Positions 1 through 11,568 of a DNA stretch of 64,000 bases are shown one piece after another. The stretch comes from Eledone cirrhosa (lineage: Eukaryota), in contig OZ024743.1 of NCBI GenBank assembly GCA_964016885.1, positions 180,110,001 to 180,174,000 on the forward strand, written 5' to 3'. The notes beneath the pieces were generated by a model. That model did not search any database. It was not told where the DNA came from and was given only the letters and a program-made list of their open reading frames with translations. The stretch's first letter is position 1. Every line of letters starts with the position of its first letter. The translations under genes were made by a program, and so were the position numbers.

Positions 1-1655
1 TGGAGACGTTGAGGGGGGTCCCGCGCGAACTAGGATGCGGAAGATCCGTGTCAGCATATGCCGACGATGTCACCGTAGTGGTGTCGAACGCCAAACACAT
101 CGGCACTACACTAAGAGAATATGAAGCGGTGACAGGAGCAATGATCAACCAGGAAAAGTCAGTGGGCCTGCAGCTCGGCACCTGGAGAGGCAGGTCCATG
201 CCGTCCAACAGCGTCGCCAGGCGCTGGACGGACGGACCGGTTAAATTGCTAGGGGTCTGGTTCGGTCCAGACCTCCAGACGGACAAAAACTGGGACGAGG
301 TGACGAGCAGGGTGGCTTCTCTCACCCAGAAATGGGCCGAGAGGAAGCTATCCCTGAAAGGTCGAGCGGAGGTGGCTAACGCGTACATCGCGTCCGTCAT
401 CTACTACCGGCTGACCGTCGTACCTTGTCCTAAGCCCCGCCTGACTGCGCTGGAGCGTTTGCTCTTTCGCTTCTTGTGGAAGGGACGCGCTCCGATGGTC
501 AGGCGGTCCATCTGCTGTCAACACCCGCTACGTGGAGGGCTGGGCTTGCCGTGGCTGATGATGCGCAGACACGCGCTCAGGCTACGACATCTCCACCTCT
601 TCCTCGACGGTGATCAGGTGTGGTCGCCGTTTGCTAGACAAGTTTTTCCCCAGCTCGTCTCCTTGACGGAGCTGCAGTCCTGGGTCAAGCGAAGACCGAG
701 AGGGAGCGCTTGGAGACTGGAATGTCTTCAGGCGCTCACAGCCCTCGACCAATCGGGCAATGTGATCGGTGGAAACTCCACCTTGGCGTTCTTTAGGGGA
801 TTAGTGGAGGGGAAGAGCGACGACGTACTTGGAGAAACTCTAGGCGTCGACGAAAATCAACTAGCCAATCTCTTCGGAAGGACTTTCGGGCCGGGGCCTA
901 TGGACAACTTCCAGAAATCTCTGGCCTGGCAGTGCTACCGGGGTGCTTTGCCAGTCCGGGATAAACTTTACAGGCATGGAGGTGCCGTCAGCCGGGCATG
1001 TCCGAGATGCGCACAGGGCGACGAAACCGTCCTGCACGCACTCGTCCAGTGTCCGAGCATTGCTGACTTGTGGGTTTATGTCGAACACCTGCTGTCACGT
1101 GTAGGACGGATCCAGCTATCAGCTGAGTCCATCGTGAGGATTGCCCCGTCCTCTTCCTTTAGCGGGGAAGGGCAGGCAGTTTTTATCTGTCTGGTGGCCA
1201 TGGCGAAAGAGATAGTATGGTGGACACGTTTGAAAGGGCTGAAGACGAGCACTTACCTCTTCGGTGATGCCCTGATTAACTTTTTTAAATTTCATCTGAA
1301 AAGGAAAATCAGGGTTGAGAGGGAAGTGCTCTCTTCCCAGCATTTTGTTGAAAGATGGGTGAGAGAAGCAAGTACGGCCCGAATGAATGGGCCTTCTCTG
1401 AGTATGTGTCTGTAAATTAAAGGTGGAAAACTGGGAGAGGGCACTTGCCCTGGTGTTCAGGGCCACTGTGGTCTTTTAGTGGTCTTTCTCCACAAATGTC
1501 CCTCGGAAGTCTCCCCCCTATTGGGGAATTTTTCTTTATTTTATTTCATCCTCTGTTTTTTTTACACGCAGAAATGCCCATTTGTACCGTCCTGTATTGT
1601 CCTGTACTGTCCTTAATGTCTACTTTATGTAAACCCTTGTGATTAATAAAGAAAA

Positions 1656-1656
<1 letters not shown>
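1..1656 (+). mobile_element. Tx1/L1-clade non-LTR retrotransposon, copy A (3' part; continues left of window)
   Basis: ORF 9-1415 has RT motif YADD, KLLGV, and a C-terminal CPRC..ETVLHALVQC zinc-binding (zf-RVT-like) region. The 3' UTR ends AATAAAGAAAAC, then (ATT)n. Near-identical to 18830-20503. Confidence 0.92.
9..1415 (+). CDS. Tx1-like ORF2 C-terminal half (RT palm/thumb + zf-RVT), partial
   Basis: 468-aa open frame with SAYADD, GGLGLP and CPRC/HALVQC motifs. Confidence 0.85.
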   Translation: MRGVPRELGCGRSVSAYADDVTVVVSNAKHIGTTLREYEAVTGAMINQEKSVGLQLGTWRGRSMPSNSVARRWTDGPVKLLGVWFGPDLQTDKNWDEVTSRVASLTQKWAERKLSLKGRAEVANAYIASVIYYRLTVVPCPKPRLTALERLLFRFLWKGRAPMVRRSICCQHPLRGGLGLPWLMMRRHALRLRHLHLFLDGDQVWSPFARQVFPQLVSLTELQSWVKRRPRGSAWRLECLQALTALDQSGNVIGGNSTLAFFRGLVEGKSDDVLGETLGVDENQLANLFGRTFGPGPMDNFQKSLAWQCYRGALPVRDKLYRHGGAVSRACPRCAQGDETVLHALVQCPSIADLWVYVEHLLSRVGRIQLSAESIVRIAPSSSFSGEGQAVFICLVAMAKEIVWWTRLKGLKTSTYLFGDALINFFKFHLKRKIRVEREVLSSQHFVERWVREASTARMNGPSLSMCL

Positions 1657-1705
<49 letters not shown>

Positions 1706-1710
1706 TTATT
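1657..1710. repeat. (ATT)n microsatellite at the copy A / copy B junction
   Basis: Direct reading. Confidence 0.98.
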
Positions 1711-1916
1711 GAGTCTGAACGGACGTCTTTTTGCTCGTTCCCGTAAGTTTATTTATTTACCTGTCAAAACTTATTTATTGAATTTTTTGTTATTGTGTAA
1801 GGCATACAAGCCCTTGGACTTTACCCTGTGAAAGGGAAAGAATAATATTTGGGCCTTTTGGCCCAATAATTTAAACTCTTTTACATTTTAAAAAAATTAT
1901 CGAAAAAAAAAAAAAC

Positions 1917-3858
1917 ATGGCTAAATACCGATATGTCTGCTGTCATGTTACAACGACGGAAAAGTTGAGAGGAGTGGTACGCCGATATTAACAGAAATTG
2001 ACACAACAAACAACACCATAAACTATGTGAACAAAGACAGCAATGATAATGACACTGAGAACTCTAATGAGAGTAACAGCGACAACGAAAATACAGATAA
2101 CAAAAAAATGACAAATGCAACAACAATATCAACACCACTAACATGAAAACAAATAGCGACAACACCAACAGCAACAATACCAACTGCACCGAGAACAACG
2201 GCGGCACCAACGACAACAATGATAACAGCGACAGTGCTAACAACAACACCAACAAGATCAACGACAACAACAACAACACCCCCACGACAACAAGAACACT
2301 TTCGCTACGGCAGCAGCAAAAAAGAGGCCATGCTTCAACCTGCACCTCTCAAACAAAGATGAAAAGTTGGACCAGGCCTGGAAGCTCATCAAGCAAGAGC
2401 AAACCTGGACCAACTTAACTGTCCTGGTAGAAGCTATTGAGGCAGTGGAGCGCAAAACGGTGCTTTATAGATGCATCTCAGCACAAACCAAAAGGCAGCT
2501 TTAATTCCACAAGCAGATGTCGAAGTCGCGCTGAGGTGCATCAGAGAAGACACCCAGTACATAGCGAGAGGCAGACAGTACGGCACCATTTCGGTGCTGT
2601 TCAAGTCAGAAGCCCTCGCTATGAAACACGCTATGACGCCTTGCAAAAACAGCAAGGTCATAATGTACGCCTCCCACATGAGAAAAAGAACGGCCCGTCT
2701 CCGCATTCCTAGAATCCCACCAGGACTTGACATGTGGTGGCTTCTGGGATGTGTGATTGTGGAGGGGACGGATACAGTCCCTATAGAAGTGACCATAACG
2801 GCCAGAGAGGACTGGTCCGGTGTTGACCAGATCAGGCCCGAGAATGTGAAGACAATCCCAGACCACATCCGCCTTCAGAATGGGACTGTCATTCACATTA
2901 TGACCGAAGGCGGAAGGCCGCATTGTTTTGTTTGTGGGGAAAAAATCCATTTGCGAGCCTTCTGCCCTCAACTGCTGAAAGAGGCAAGGGGTCGAAAGGC
3001 TCCACTGCTGCCAACGCCGGCGAGAGGACCACAACCAATACCTGCACCGGAAAAACCACCAACAACAACACCAATAGAAAGACCACCACCAACATTGACC
3101 ACCCAGGGGGGAAACGAGGAAAGCTGTCAAATTCCCCCTCCACCTAAAAATACACACACCAATAAAACCTTAAACATACATACAGACACACTTACAGACA
3201 CAGGCCCCTCACCTACCAGTAGTGAAAATGAGGGAAATCCCAAATCCCCCAAAATACAAAAAAGGAAACACAAAAAGAAAAAAAAACTCAACAAAGCACA
3301 AAAGCACCCACAATAAAAAATGCAAACACCATCCACGCAAACGTCTCTCCAATAACACCAACATCAACACCACCATCACCATCACCAGAATCCCCCAAAC
3401 GCAAACAACCGAAACAGACGCAAGAACAAATATACACACAAACATCTGAAACAACAGACACCGCACTCACAACAAACACAGATACAACCGAAACAACACC
3501 ACCAAAACCATCACCACCACATGCACGCAAACAAATAAAATCACACCAACAAAACATACAAAACTTCGTGCTCGTCAGGAAGGCCAACAAGGAACTGATG
3601 GCCCTCGTAGCACGAAGTGAACATATACAAAAAGAGGGGGAAATTTTTAATTCGAGCATATTTCGCGTGCCGGAAGATTTGGTTCTGGTGCGAATGTCGC
3701 TCGACATATTCAAAGAAATACGAGACAGCTTTCCTCGGGAAGTGGGAACCCCGAACGTAAAACCCACTTCAAGACTTTTAAAGGGGTTCCCAAAAGAAAA
3801 CCCACTAACTATGCAGGTCGAACAACCCGACCTTCACAAGAGCCCGGAAGGTAAGTAA
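1917..3858 (+). pseudogene. Tx1 copy B ORF1 (Asn-rich N-terminus, RRM-like region, CCHC knuckle, Thr/Pro linker, small C-terminal domain), frameshifted
   Basis: ORF 2471-3316 contains CFVCGEKIHLRAFC; ORF 3568-3858 follows; homologous to 14707-16836. Confidence 0.8.
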
Positions 3859-3889
3859 ACCTTCATCTCTCTCTATTTAACCTGCCAAC

Positions 3890-6800
3890 ATGGCCGTATT
3901 AAGTGTAGGATGTTTAAATATTCGAGGCCTGGGATGGTCCTGGAAGCAGGGTCACCTGCTCAACGACCTCAGGTCTATAGAAATGGATGTAATTGCAGTC
4001 AGCGAGACCAGGATTTCCGACACGCGCGCTCTAGCCCCCATTTTCGACGACTATCAGATCTTTGCATCTGTTAGCCGCCGGGAATGGGAGGCGGGTTGGC
4101 AGTGCTGTTTAGGAAAGGCCTGGATCTCGAGGTAAGGTCGATCTTCCGGCACCCGGACGGGAAGTTGGTGGTCCTGGACGTGAACAATAATGAAGGTGGT
4201 GCCTTTAGACTGGTGGCCGTCTATGCCCCTACTGGGGAAGGACGGCCGGACTTCTTTAGACGCCTGGAAGCCTTTCTGGGTACGTCTCGCCCTTTATTGT
4301 TAGCGGGGGACTGGAACGGCATCTTAGACGCACGCTGGGACTGTGTGGGAGTATCCGATAGGGGGGTGCAAAAGCCAGTTCCAACTGTCTGACAGGTACC
4401 GACTAGATTTCCCTAATGCGCCAGTGTGGACCTGGGCTAACCGCATAGGGTCATCTAGATCGTATATAGACAGGATATTCATTAGAAAAAAAGACAGGAA
4501 TTGTGTAAGCTGTCAATGTTTTGAAACGGTCGCCTATTCAGATCAAAAGTTTGTGATCTGTATGATCGATCTAGATAAGACGCTTAGGTAAGGACCTGGT
4601 TACTGGAAGCTAAACATGTCATTTCCGACACGTATGGCTTACAGGGACCAGGTCAACAATTTAGTTAAGAAAAAGTTGACAGGGGGAGTCGTCAACAATA
4701 GATGGTGGGGGGCTCTCAAAAGAGAGATTAGAGTAATGTCGATAGAGTTTAGCAAAGAAGTAGCATTAGAGAAAAATAGAAAGGAGGGGGAGTTGGTAGA
4801 TAAGTTAGACGAGACTATTGGTAGTGGCATTGCAACTGATGTGCTAGCGGCGAGAATGGCATTAGACCATTTCTTCAATGCGAAACACGAAGGTTGCATT
4901 GTCAGAGCTAAGGCGCGTGCTCTAAGATACGAGGGAACCAAAGCTGTTTGATGGGCCCGCGTGGCAGAGGCGCAGCGTGGTCATAAAACCACGATTTGGT
5001 CTTTGACGGGTTGAGACAGGCAAGAGCTGAGCGATTCCAAAAGGATGTGTGAGGCCTTTCGCCAACATTTTGCTCGGTTGTTCGGGGGGAAGTGGCGGGT
5101 CAGAGATGGTGGCGGACTTCAGTCCCTACCTCAGTGGCTTGCCGCAACTCTCGACGGCTAACGCTGGGCGCTGCGAAAGGCCAATTACTTCAGCCGAGAT
5201 TCAGGATGCCATTGTAGGCTGCATGAGGCGCAAGTCACCCGGTTTGGATGGTCTGCCCTACGAGCTTTACGTAAATATGCCAGACTTGTTCTCCAATATC
5301 CTCGAAGCCCTCTACTGCAACTGGCAGCAAAACGGGAGTATTCCCAGTTCTGTGAGCTGGGGCGTAGTGACGCTGATGAGGTAAGACGAGAACAAGAGGG
5401 ACACAGTAGACAATTTCAGGCCCATAACTCTGCTCAACACAGAGTTTAAGATTTTGGCCAGGGTGTTTAGCGAAGAGGTTGGCGCTTGTTGTCGGGGATT
5501 TGGTTGGGGAGGCGCAAACTTGCGCAATCCCAACCAGGTCCATACACGACAACCTCCACCTAATGCGATACATCATAGAGAGGGTAGGGTGTAAAACTGG
5601 ATTCGGTGTGGCTCTGATCAATTTAGATCAATCGAAAGCATTCGATAGGGTCGACCATCGGTACCTGGAGGCTGTCATCAAGGCGGCTGGCTTCGGCCCC
5701 GTCTTCAGAAGCTGGATCGCTGCAATGCACAGCGGCACCTGCTCGATGGTCAAAATTAATGGCCACTTCTCGGAACCGTTTCAGGTCTCCCGATCGGTCC
5801 GTCAAGGGTGCCCTCTCTCCTCTGTTCTGTACGTATTGACTCTCGAGCCTTTACTGCGGAAGCTGGAGCTGTTGCAGGGCATCCCGCTTGAACCGGGACG
5901 CGGAAAGGCTGTGTCGGCTTATGCGGACGACATACTGTGATGGTGTAGGACACCTCAGAAATCGAGGTGGTCGGCAACTTATTGGAGGAATATGAAAGGT
6001 TGAAGGGGGCAAAACTTAACCCGGAAAAGTCAGTAGGCTTGCAACTCGGCACCTGGAGAGGCAAGTCCATGCCGCCCAACAGCGTCGTTAGGCGCTGGAC
6101 GGACGGACCGGTAAAGTTGCTAGGGGTTTGGTTCGGGCCAGACCTCCAGGTGGATAAGAATTGGGACGAGGTGACGGGCAGGGTAGTCAGTCTCACCCAG
6201 AAATGGACTGGGCTGAAGCTATCACTGAAAGGTCGGGTGGAGGTGGCGAACGCGTACATCGCGTCCGTCATCTACTACCGTCTGACTGTCGTCCCTTGCC
6301 CCCGTTCGCGCCTCGCCATTTGGAGCGACTCCTCTTCAAATTCTTGTGGAGGGGTCAGGTTCCGCTGGTGAGGCGGTCCATCAGCTGCCAGCACCCTCTA
6401 CGTGGAGGGCTGGGCATGTCGTGGCTAATGATGCGCAGGCACGCGCTGAGGCTGCGGCATCTGCAGATATTCTGCCTAAACGCTGAACAGGTGTGGTCGC
6501 CGTTTGTCAGACGGGCCTTTCCGCAGCTCGTTTCTTTGACTTGGTTGCAGTCCTGGGTCAAGAAGAGACCGAGACTGGGTGACTGGCATCTGGAATGTTG
6601 CCAGGCACTCACTGCCCTCTACCAGGCGGGCAATGCGGTCAGTGGAACTTCCACTCTCGAGTTCTATAGGGGATTAGTGGTGGGCAAGTGAGACGACGCA
6701 CTCAGAGAGGGTCTGGGAGTCAACGAAGTCGAACTAACCAGTCTGTACCGGAGGACTTTCGAGCCGGGGACGATGGATAATTTCCAAAAATTCCTCGCTT

Positions 6801-7250
6801 GGCAGTGCTACCGGGGGGCACTGCAGGTTCGAGATAAACTCTACAGGCACGGAAATGCTGTCAGACGGACCTGCCCAAGATGCGCGCAGAGCGACGAAAC
6901 CGTTCTGCACGCACTCGTCCAGTGTCCGTACATTACTGAATCGTGGAGTTGTCGCGTGTAGAACGGATCCGGCTATCGGCCGAGTCCATAGTGAAGATCG
7001 ACCCGCCGCAATTTTCCTCTGTCTGGTGGCAGTAGCGAAAGAGGTTGTATGGTGGACGAGGTTGAAAGGACTGAAGACAGACACTTTTCTCTTCGGCCAA
7101 TCCCTCATCAACCTTTTCAAGTTTCACTTGGAAAGGAAGGTGAGGGTGGAGAGAGAAGTGCTGCCCCCCAGTACATTTGCTGAAAGGTGGGTGAATGTGG
7201 CGAGAATGGCCCGTGGAGTGGGCCTACTCTGGTCATGCGGCTGTAGGTAG
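3890..7250 (+). pseudogene. Tx1 copy B ORF2 (APE-RT-zf), multiple stops and frameshifts
   Basis: ORF fragments at 3890, 4084, 4343, 4616, 5049, 5479, 5967, 6161, 6773 and 6855 are colinear with copy C ORF2. Confidence 0.9.
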
Positions 7251-7542
7251 GTAAATTTGAAGAGGAGAGGGGTGCCCTTCCAGGGTGCTCTCGAAGTGTC
7301 GGGTCGCTCAGGACTGGTGGGGTACCTGAGCGAACCCTAGGTGGTCATCCCCCCTATTGGGGAATTTTTTCTTGTCGTAATTTTCTTGTTACTTTATTGT
7401 TACCTTGTTATTGTTACTTTGTTTATTCATATTGTTTACTCGATTTTTCTGTAAAACCCCACTGTCCCAGCCGTTTGTATTGTCCCCTATATGTCGGCCC
7501 TTGTGGCCAATAAATGAAATCATTATTATTATTATTGTTATT

Positions 7543-9314
7543 TGAGTCTCAGTCATTGATGTTAGTTAACTGGAAAGTTTGTTGAAATGAATATCAAGCC
7601 ACTACCTGCAGCCTCAGATATTCAGGACGTATCGGAGTGTTCTTGCTCTTCCAAGCAACCATGCCGTTTGAAGCGTTCCAAAAAGCGTGAAGGGGCCAAT
7701 TTTCTTTAACCATCCCTGGAAATTTTTTGTGATAGTACCTAGTGCGCCTATGACAATCGGGACCACTTTGACTTCATGGCAGTTCCAAATCCTTTTTACC
7801 TCCCACTTTAAGTCCTGGTATTGGTTAATTTTCTCCCTCTCCTTCTCTTGCAATCTCGTGTCGAATGGGCAGGCCACAACCACAATCAGGCACGATCTTT
7901 TTTCCTTGTCCAAAACCACCAGGTCAGGTCTATTGTGTTCCAGTTTCTTGTGCGTCTGTATCCTAAAATCCCACAGCACCTTCACCTGATCGTTTTCTAT
8001 CACCGATTCTGGCTTATGCTCATACCACTTCTCAGATTGTGGTAAATTGTTTACTTTGCATAGGTGCCAGTGGATCACCCTGCCCATCATATCATGTCTC
8101 CAGCCCTTATAGTGAGTATGGGCTAGGCGTTTACACTCGGATACAATGTGAGCCACAGTCCCCTCTCTCCACAGATCCTGCAGTGGGCTAGCCTCCTCCT
8201 TGGAAATATGGTGTTTCAACCACTTCGTTTTGAGAGCCTGCTCTTGCGCAGCCATCAGCATTCCTTCTGTAGCCTTTTTAAGGTCTTCTCCTTTCAACCA
8301 GTTTCATGTCTGTGGATCCCTGAATTCAGGTTTCTCAAAGAAGGTACTATGAAGGGATTGTTCATGAAGGCTGCTCTTTCCTCCTTGTTATTTCCTCCTT
8401 GGACATCCCCTGGTTTATTGTCCTCTCCTTCAGTACAATTCTGAGCATTGGCTCCTTACTATCAGTCACGTATTTGTGTAGGTTGTTTTTCTACATCTGA
8501 ACACAGGCCTCTATGCTGATAAGACCTCTTCCTCCTTCAGATCTCCTTAAGTAGAGTCTATCGACATCACTCCTCTTGTGGAACATGTTGTAGATAGTCA
8601 ATAACTTCCTAGTCTTCCTATCCATTTCTTTTTGTTCAGCAACATTCCATCTCAGAATTCCCGCACTGTACCTAATAATAGACACAGCTCGGGAATTTAC
8701 TGCACTTATGGCATTCCTACTGTTCAGATGTGACTTTAATACGCTCCTTACTCTCCGAATGTATTCAGATCTTATCAATTCCTTCATTTTTTGTTCTTGG
8801 TGTCATCAGCCTCCAGGACACCCAAATACTTGTATCCTTCTTCAGTGTCAATTTCCTTTAATATCTCACCTGTTGGTACCTGGATTCCGTTACTTCTGCT
8901 CAATTTACCCCCTCTTCATGACTAGGACTCCACACTTACTAATACCAACTTGCATACAAATATCATTGCTGAAAATACGGACAGTGTCAACAAGCACATC
9001 CAACTCCTTCTCACTCTTCCCGAAGAGCTTAAGATCGTCCATGAAGAGGAGGTGATTGATGGTAAGCTCTCCCTTTCCCAACTTGTATCCTGCTCTCACT
9101 TTTCGTAATATAATGGTCAGGGGCATCAGGGCAAGGACAAACAACAGAGGGGAGAGACTATCTCCCTGGAAGATACCTCTCTTGATCTTCACGGCTGCCA
9201 AGGATTCTCCAGCTGATGTTAACTCTGTTTTCCAGGACTTCATATTTTGCCCAACAACTGTCTGATGCTATCTGCCACCTTGAAGATCTCTAAGCTTTTG
9301 GTGATCTAAGAATG
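7543..9314 (-). mobile_element. R4/Dong-like non-LTR element D1, 5'-truncated (RT 3' half + restriction-like endonuclease)
   Basis: Fragments GIFQGDSLSP, FMDDLKL, RH, NRPDLVVLD and EKINQYQDL. Colinear with 20530-22311 and flanked by (ATT)n on both sides. Confidence 0.9.
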
Positions 9315-10635
9315 ATTATTATTATTATTATTAGAGCTGCATTTATCTTGCTTTATGTTCATACGAGTTATCACCAAGTCACAACCAGTGACCTCAAGAG
9401 ACAACAAGGTCCGCCATGTTCAAGAAAGAACATACATACTCACACATGCATCTTTAGGTCTTTAGACTTGTGATGTACTTATATTAACAGAATCTTCCTT
9501 AGTATATGGGCAGTTCCAATTAGTACTATATTTTGTATTTCTCCTATATGCGGGTTTCCTGAGATTTGCGATAAGTAATCATTAGACCCCTTAGGTATCA
9601 TTCCTCGAGCGCCTACAACCACTGGTATTGTTTTAGTTCTCAATTTCCACATTTTTCCAATTTCTATCTCCAGGTCCTTGCTCAATTTTTCAAATGTTTT
9701 TATAGATACATTCTTGTCTATTGAAACGGACATATCAATTAGCAGGCATACCCTCTTTTTAAAGTCCTTCAATATTATATCAGGTCTATTTGCATCTATT
9801 TTTCGGTCTGTTTGGATGCTAAAGTTCCACAAGATTGAGATGTGTTCTTTTTCAAGTATGGGAGGTGGTTGATACTCCCACTAATTCTTTTGATGGGACA
9901 GGTCAAAATACTTACATATTATCCAATGTATGTATTTTGCAGCTCTGTCATGCCTGTTTAGGTATTCGGTTGGAGCTATAGGACTGCACATTGAAATTAT
10001 ATGGTCAATGGTCTCTGGTTGTTTTTTACACGGCATAATGGGCTGCATCCATTTTTTATTATGTTGGCTTGGTAATTTTTTGTTGGCAGACACTGATCTT
10101 GTGCTGATATAATCAGTCCTTCAGTCTCCGATTTCAGTCCAGAGGATGCCAACCACTGATCGGTTAAAGTTTTGTCAACATCAGGATTGTTAGCTCGTTC
10201 TGGGTATTTTCCATACAGAGGCTTTTCTTACCATTTCTTAGCCAGTTTCTGTAGCAGTTCTTTCTTTGCAGTTACTTTTACCTGCTTTGCATTTTCTGTG
10301 TTTTCCATTTCAGCAGTAAATGGGACTTCTGAAATTTGTAGTCCATTACTGTATCTTTGTGCATCTTTTGTTATGGAGTATGATCTTTTGATGCTTTGGT
10401 GTTCCAAAACTAGTTTGATCATCCAATCATGTGATTCCCTTAGATATGTAGATAATCCAATTGTTGCAGTTTTCAACGCAATGTCTAACTGGGTTAACCC
10501 ACGTCCTCCTTCTTTCCTAGGGAGATATATTCTATCTGTATCTGCCTTAGGGTGATGCATTCTATGCATGGTTAAGAATGTTCGAATTTTTGTATCGAGC
10601 CTACGGATCTCTGTGCTTGACCATTTGATGACATT

Positions 10636-11568
10636 TTAACTGTAGGTTACTACTGGTTTGGCAAGCGTGTTTATGGCATCGATTCTATTCCTTGCATTCA
10701 ATTCCGTTCTTAAGATTGCTCTTACTCTGCGGTAACATTCCTTCTTTATCCTTTCCCTCATTGTCGAGTGCTTGATTCCGTCTCCTTCACAAACACCTAG
10801 ATATTTGTAAGTTTCCTCTTGATCAAGTTCTCTTATCATATTCCCCCGATCAAGATTAATGTCTGAACTTTTCAGCAGCTTTCTTCTGGTGAACGTTGCT
10901 TTGGCGCATTTATCTAGTCCAAACTCCATTTTAATGTTATCACTGAACTGCTCCACAGTGGATAATAGCCCTTGCAATTGTTCATCATTTTTTGCAAATA
11001 GTTTCAGGTCATCCATGTAGAACAAGTGATTAATGGTTTTGTCATAGACTGTATATCCATGTTTTGTTTCATTGAGCATTTTACTTAATGGTATAAGTGC
11101 GATGCAGAATAAAAGCGGTGATAAAGAGTCACCCTGAAAAATTCCACAATTAATATTAACTTCTCCAGCTTCCAGTGATTTTGTTTCACTATTCAAAAGG
11201 AGTGTCGTTTTCCATGTCTTCATACTGAATGACAAAAACCTCCTGACAACGGGAGATATTTTGAAAATCTCTAAACATTTTTCAATCCAACTGTGTGGCA
11301 AACTATCGAATGCTTTTTTATAATCTATCAAAGCAATCGATAGATTTTTGTGTCTATTATGACAATCTTCCAGTATCATTTTGTTAACCAAAAGCTGATC
11401 CTTACAGCCATATGATCCTCGTTTACACATTTTCTGCTCAATGGGAAATAGGTCATTTGTTATCAGGTGGTCATATGGATATTCAGTTAGGACTGATGTT
11501 AAAATTTTATACATTGTGGTCAAGCAAGTTATCGGTCTGTAATTTTTGGGGATTGTTTGTCTCATCAT
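10636..11568 (-). pseudogene. D2 reverse transcriptase core (longest open fragment)
   Basis: 310-aa ORF with non-LTR RT motifs including YMDD and YKYLG. Confidence 0.9.

Larger units (their letters stand above)
1711..7521 (+). mobile_element. Full-length, decayed Tx1/L1-clade element, copy B (different subfamily)
   Basis: 5' end GAGTCTGAAC directly follows (ATT)n. It has ORF1 fragments and ORF2 with an APE endonuclease (LNIRGL, SET, GDWN, SYIDRIF), RT (KSPGLDG, DQSKAFDRV, RQGCPLS, YADD) and zf-RVT. It ends AATAAATGAAATC + (ATT)n. Confidence 0.92.
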
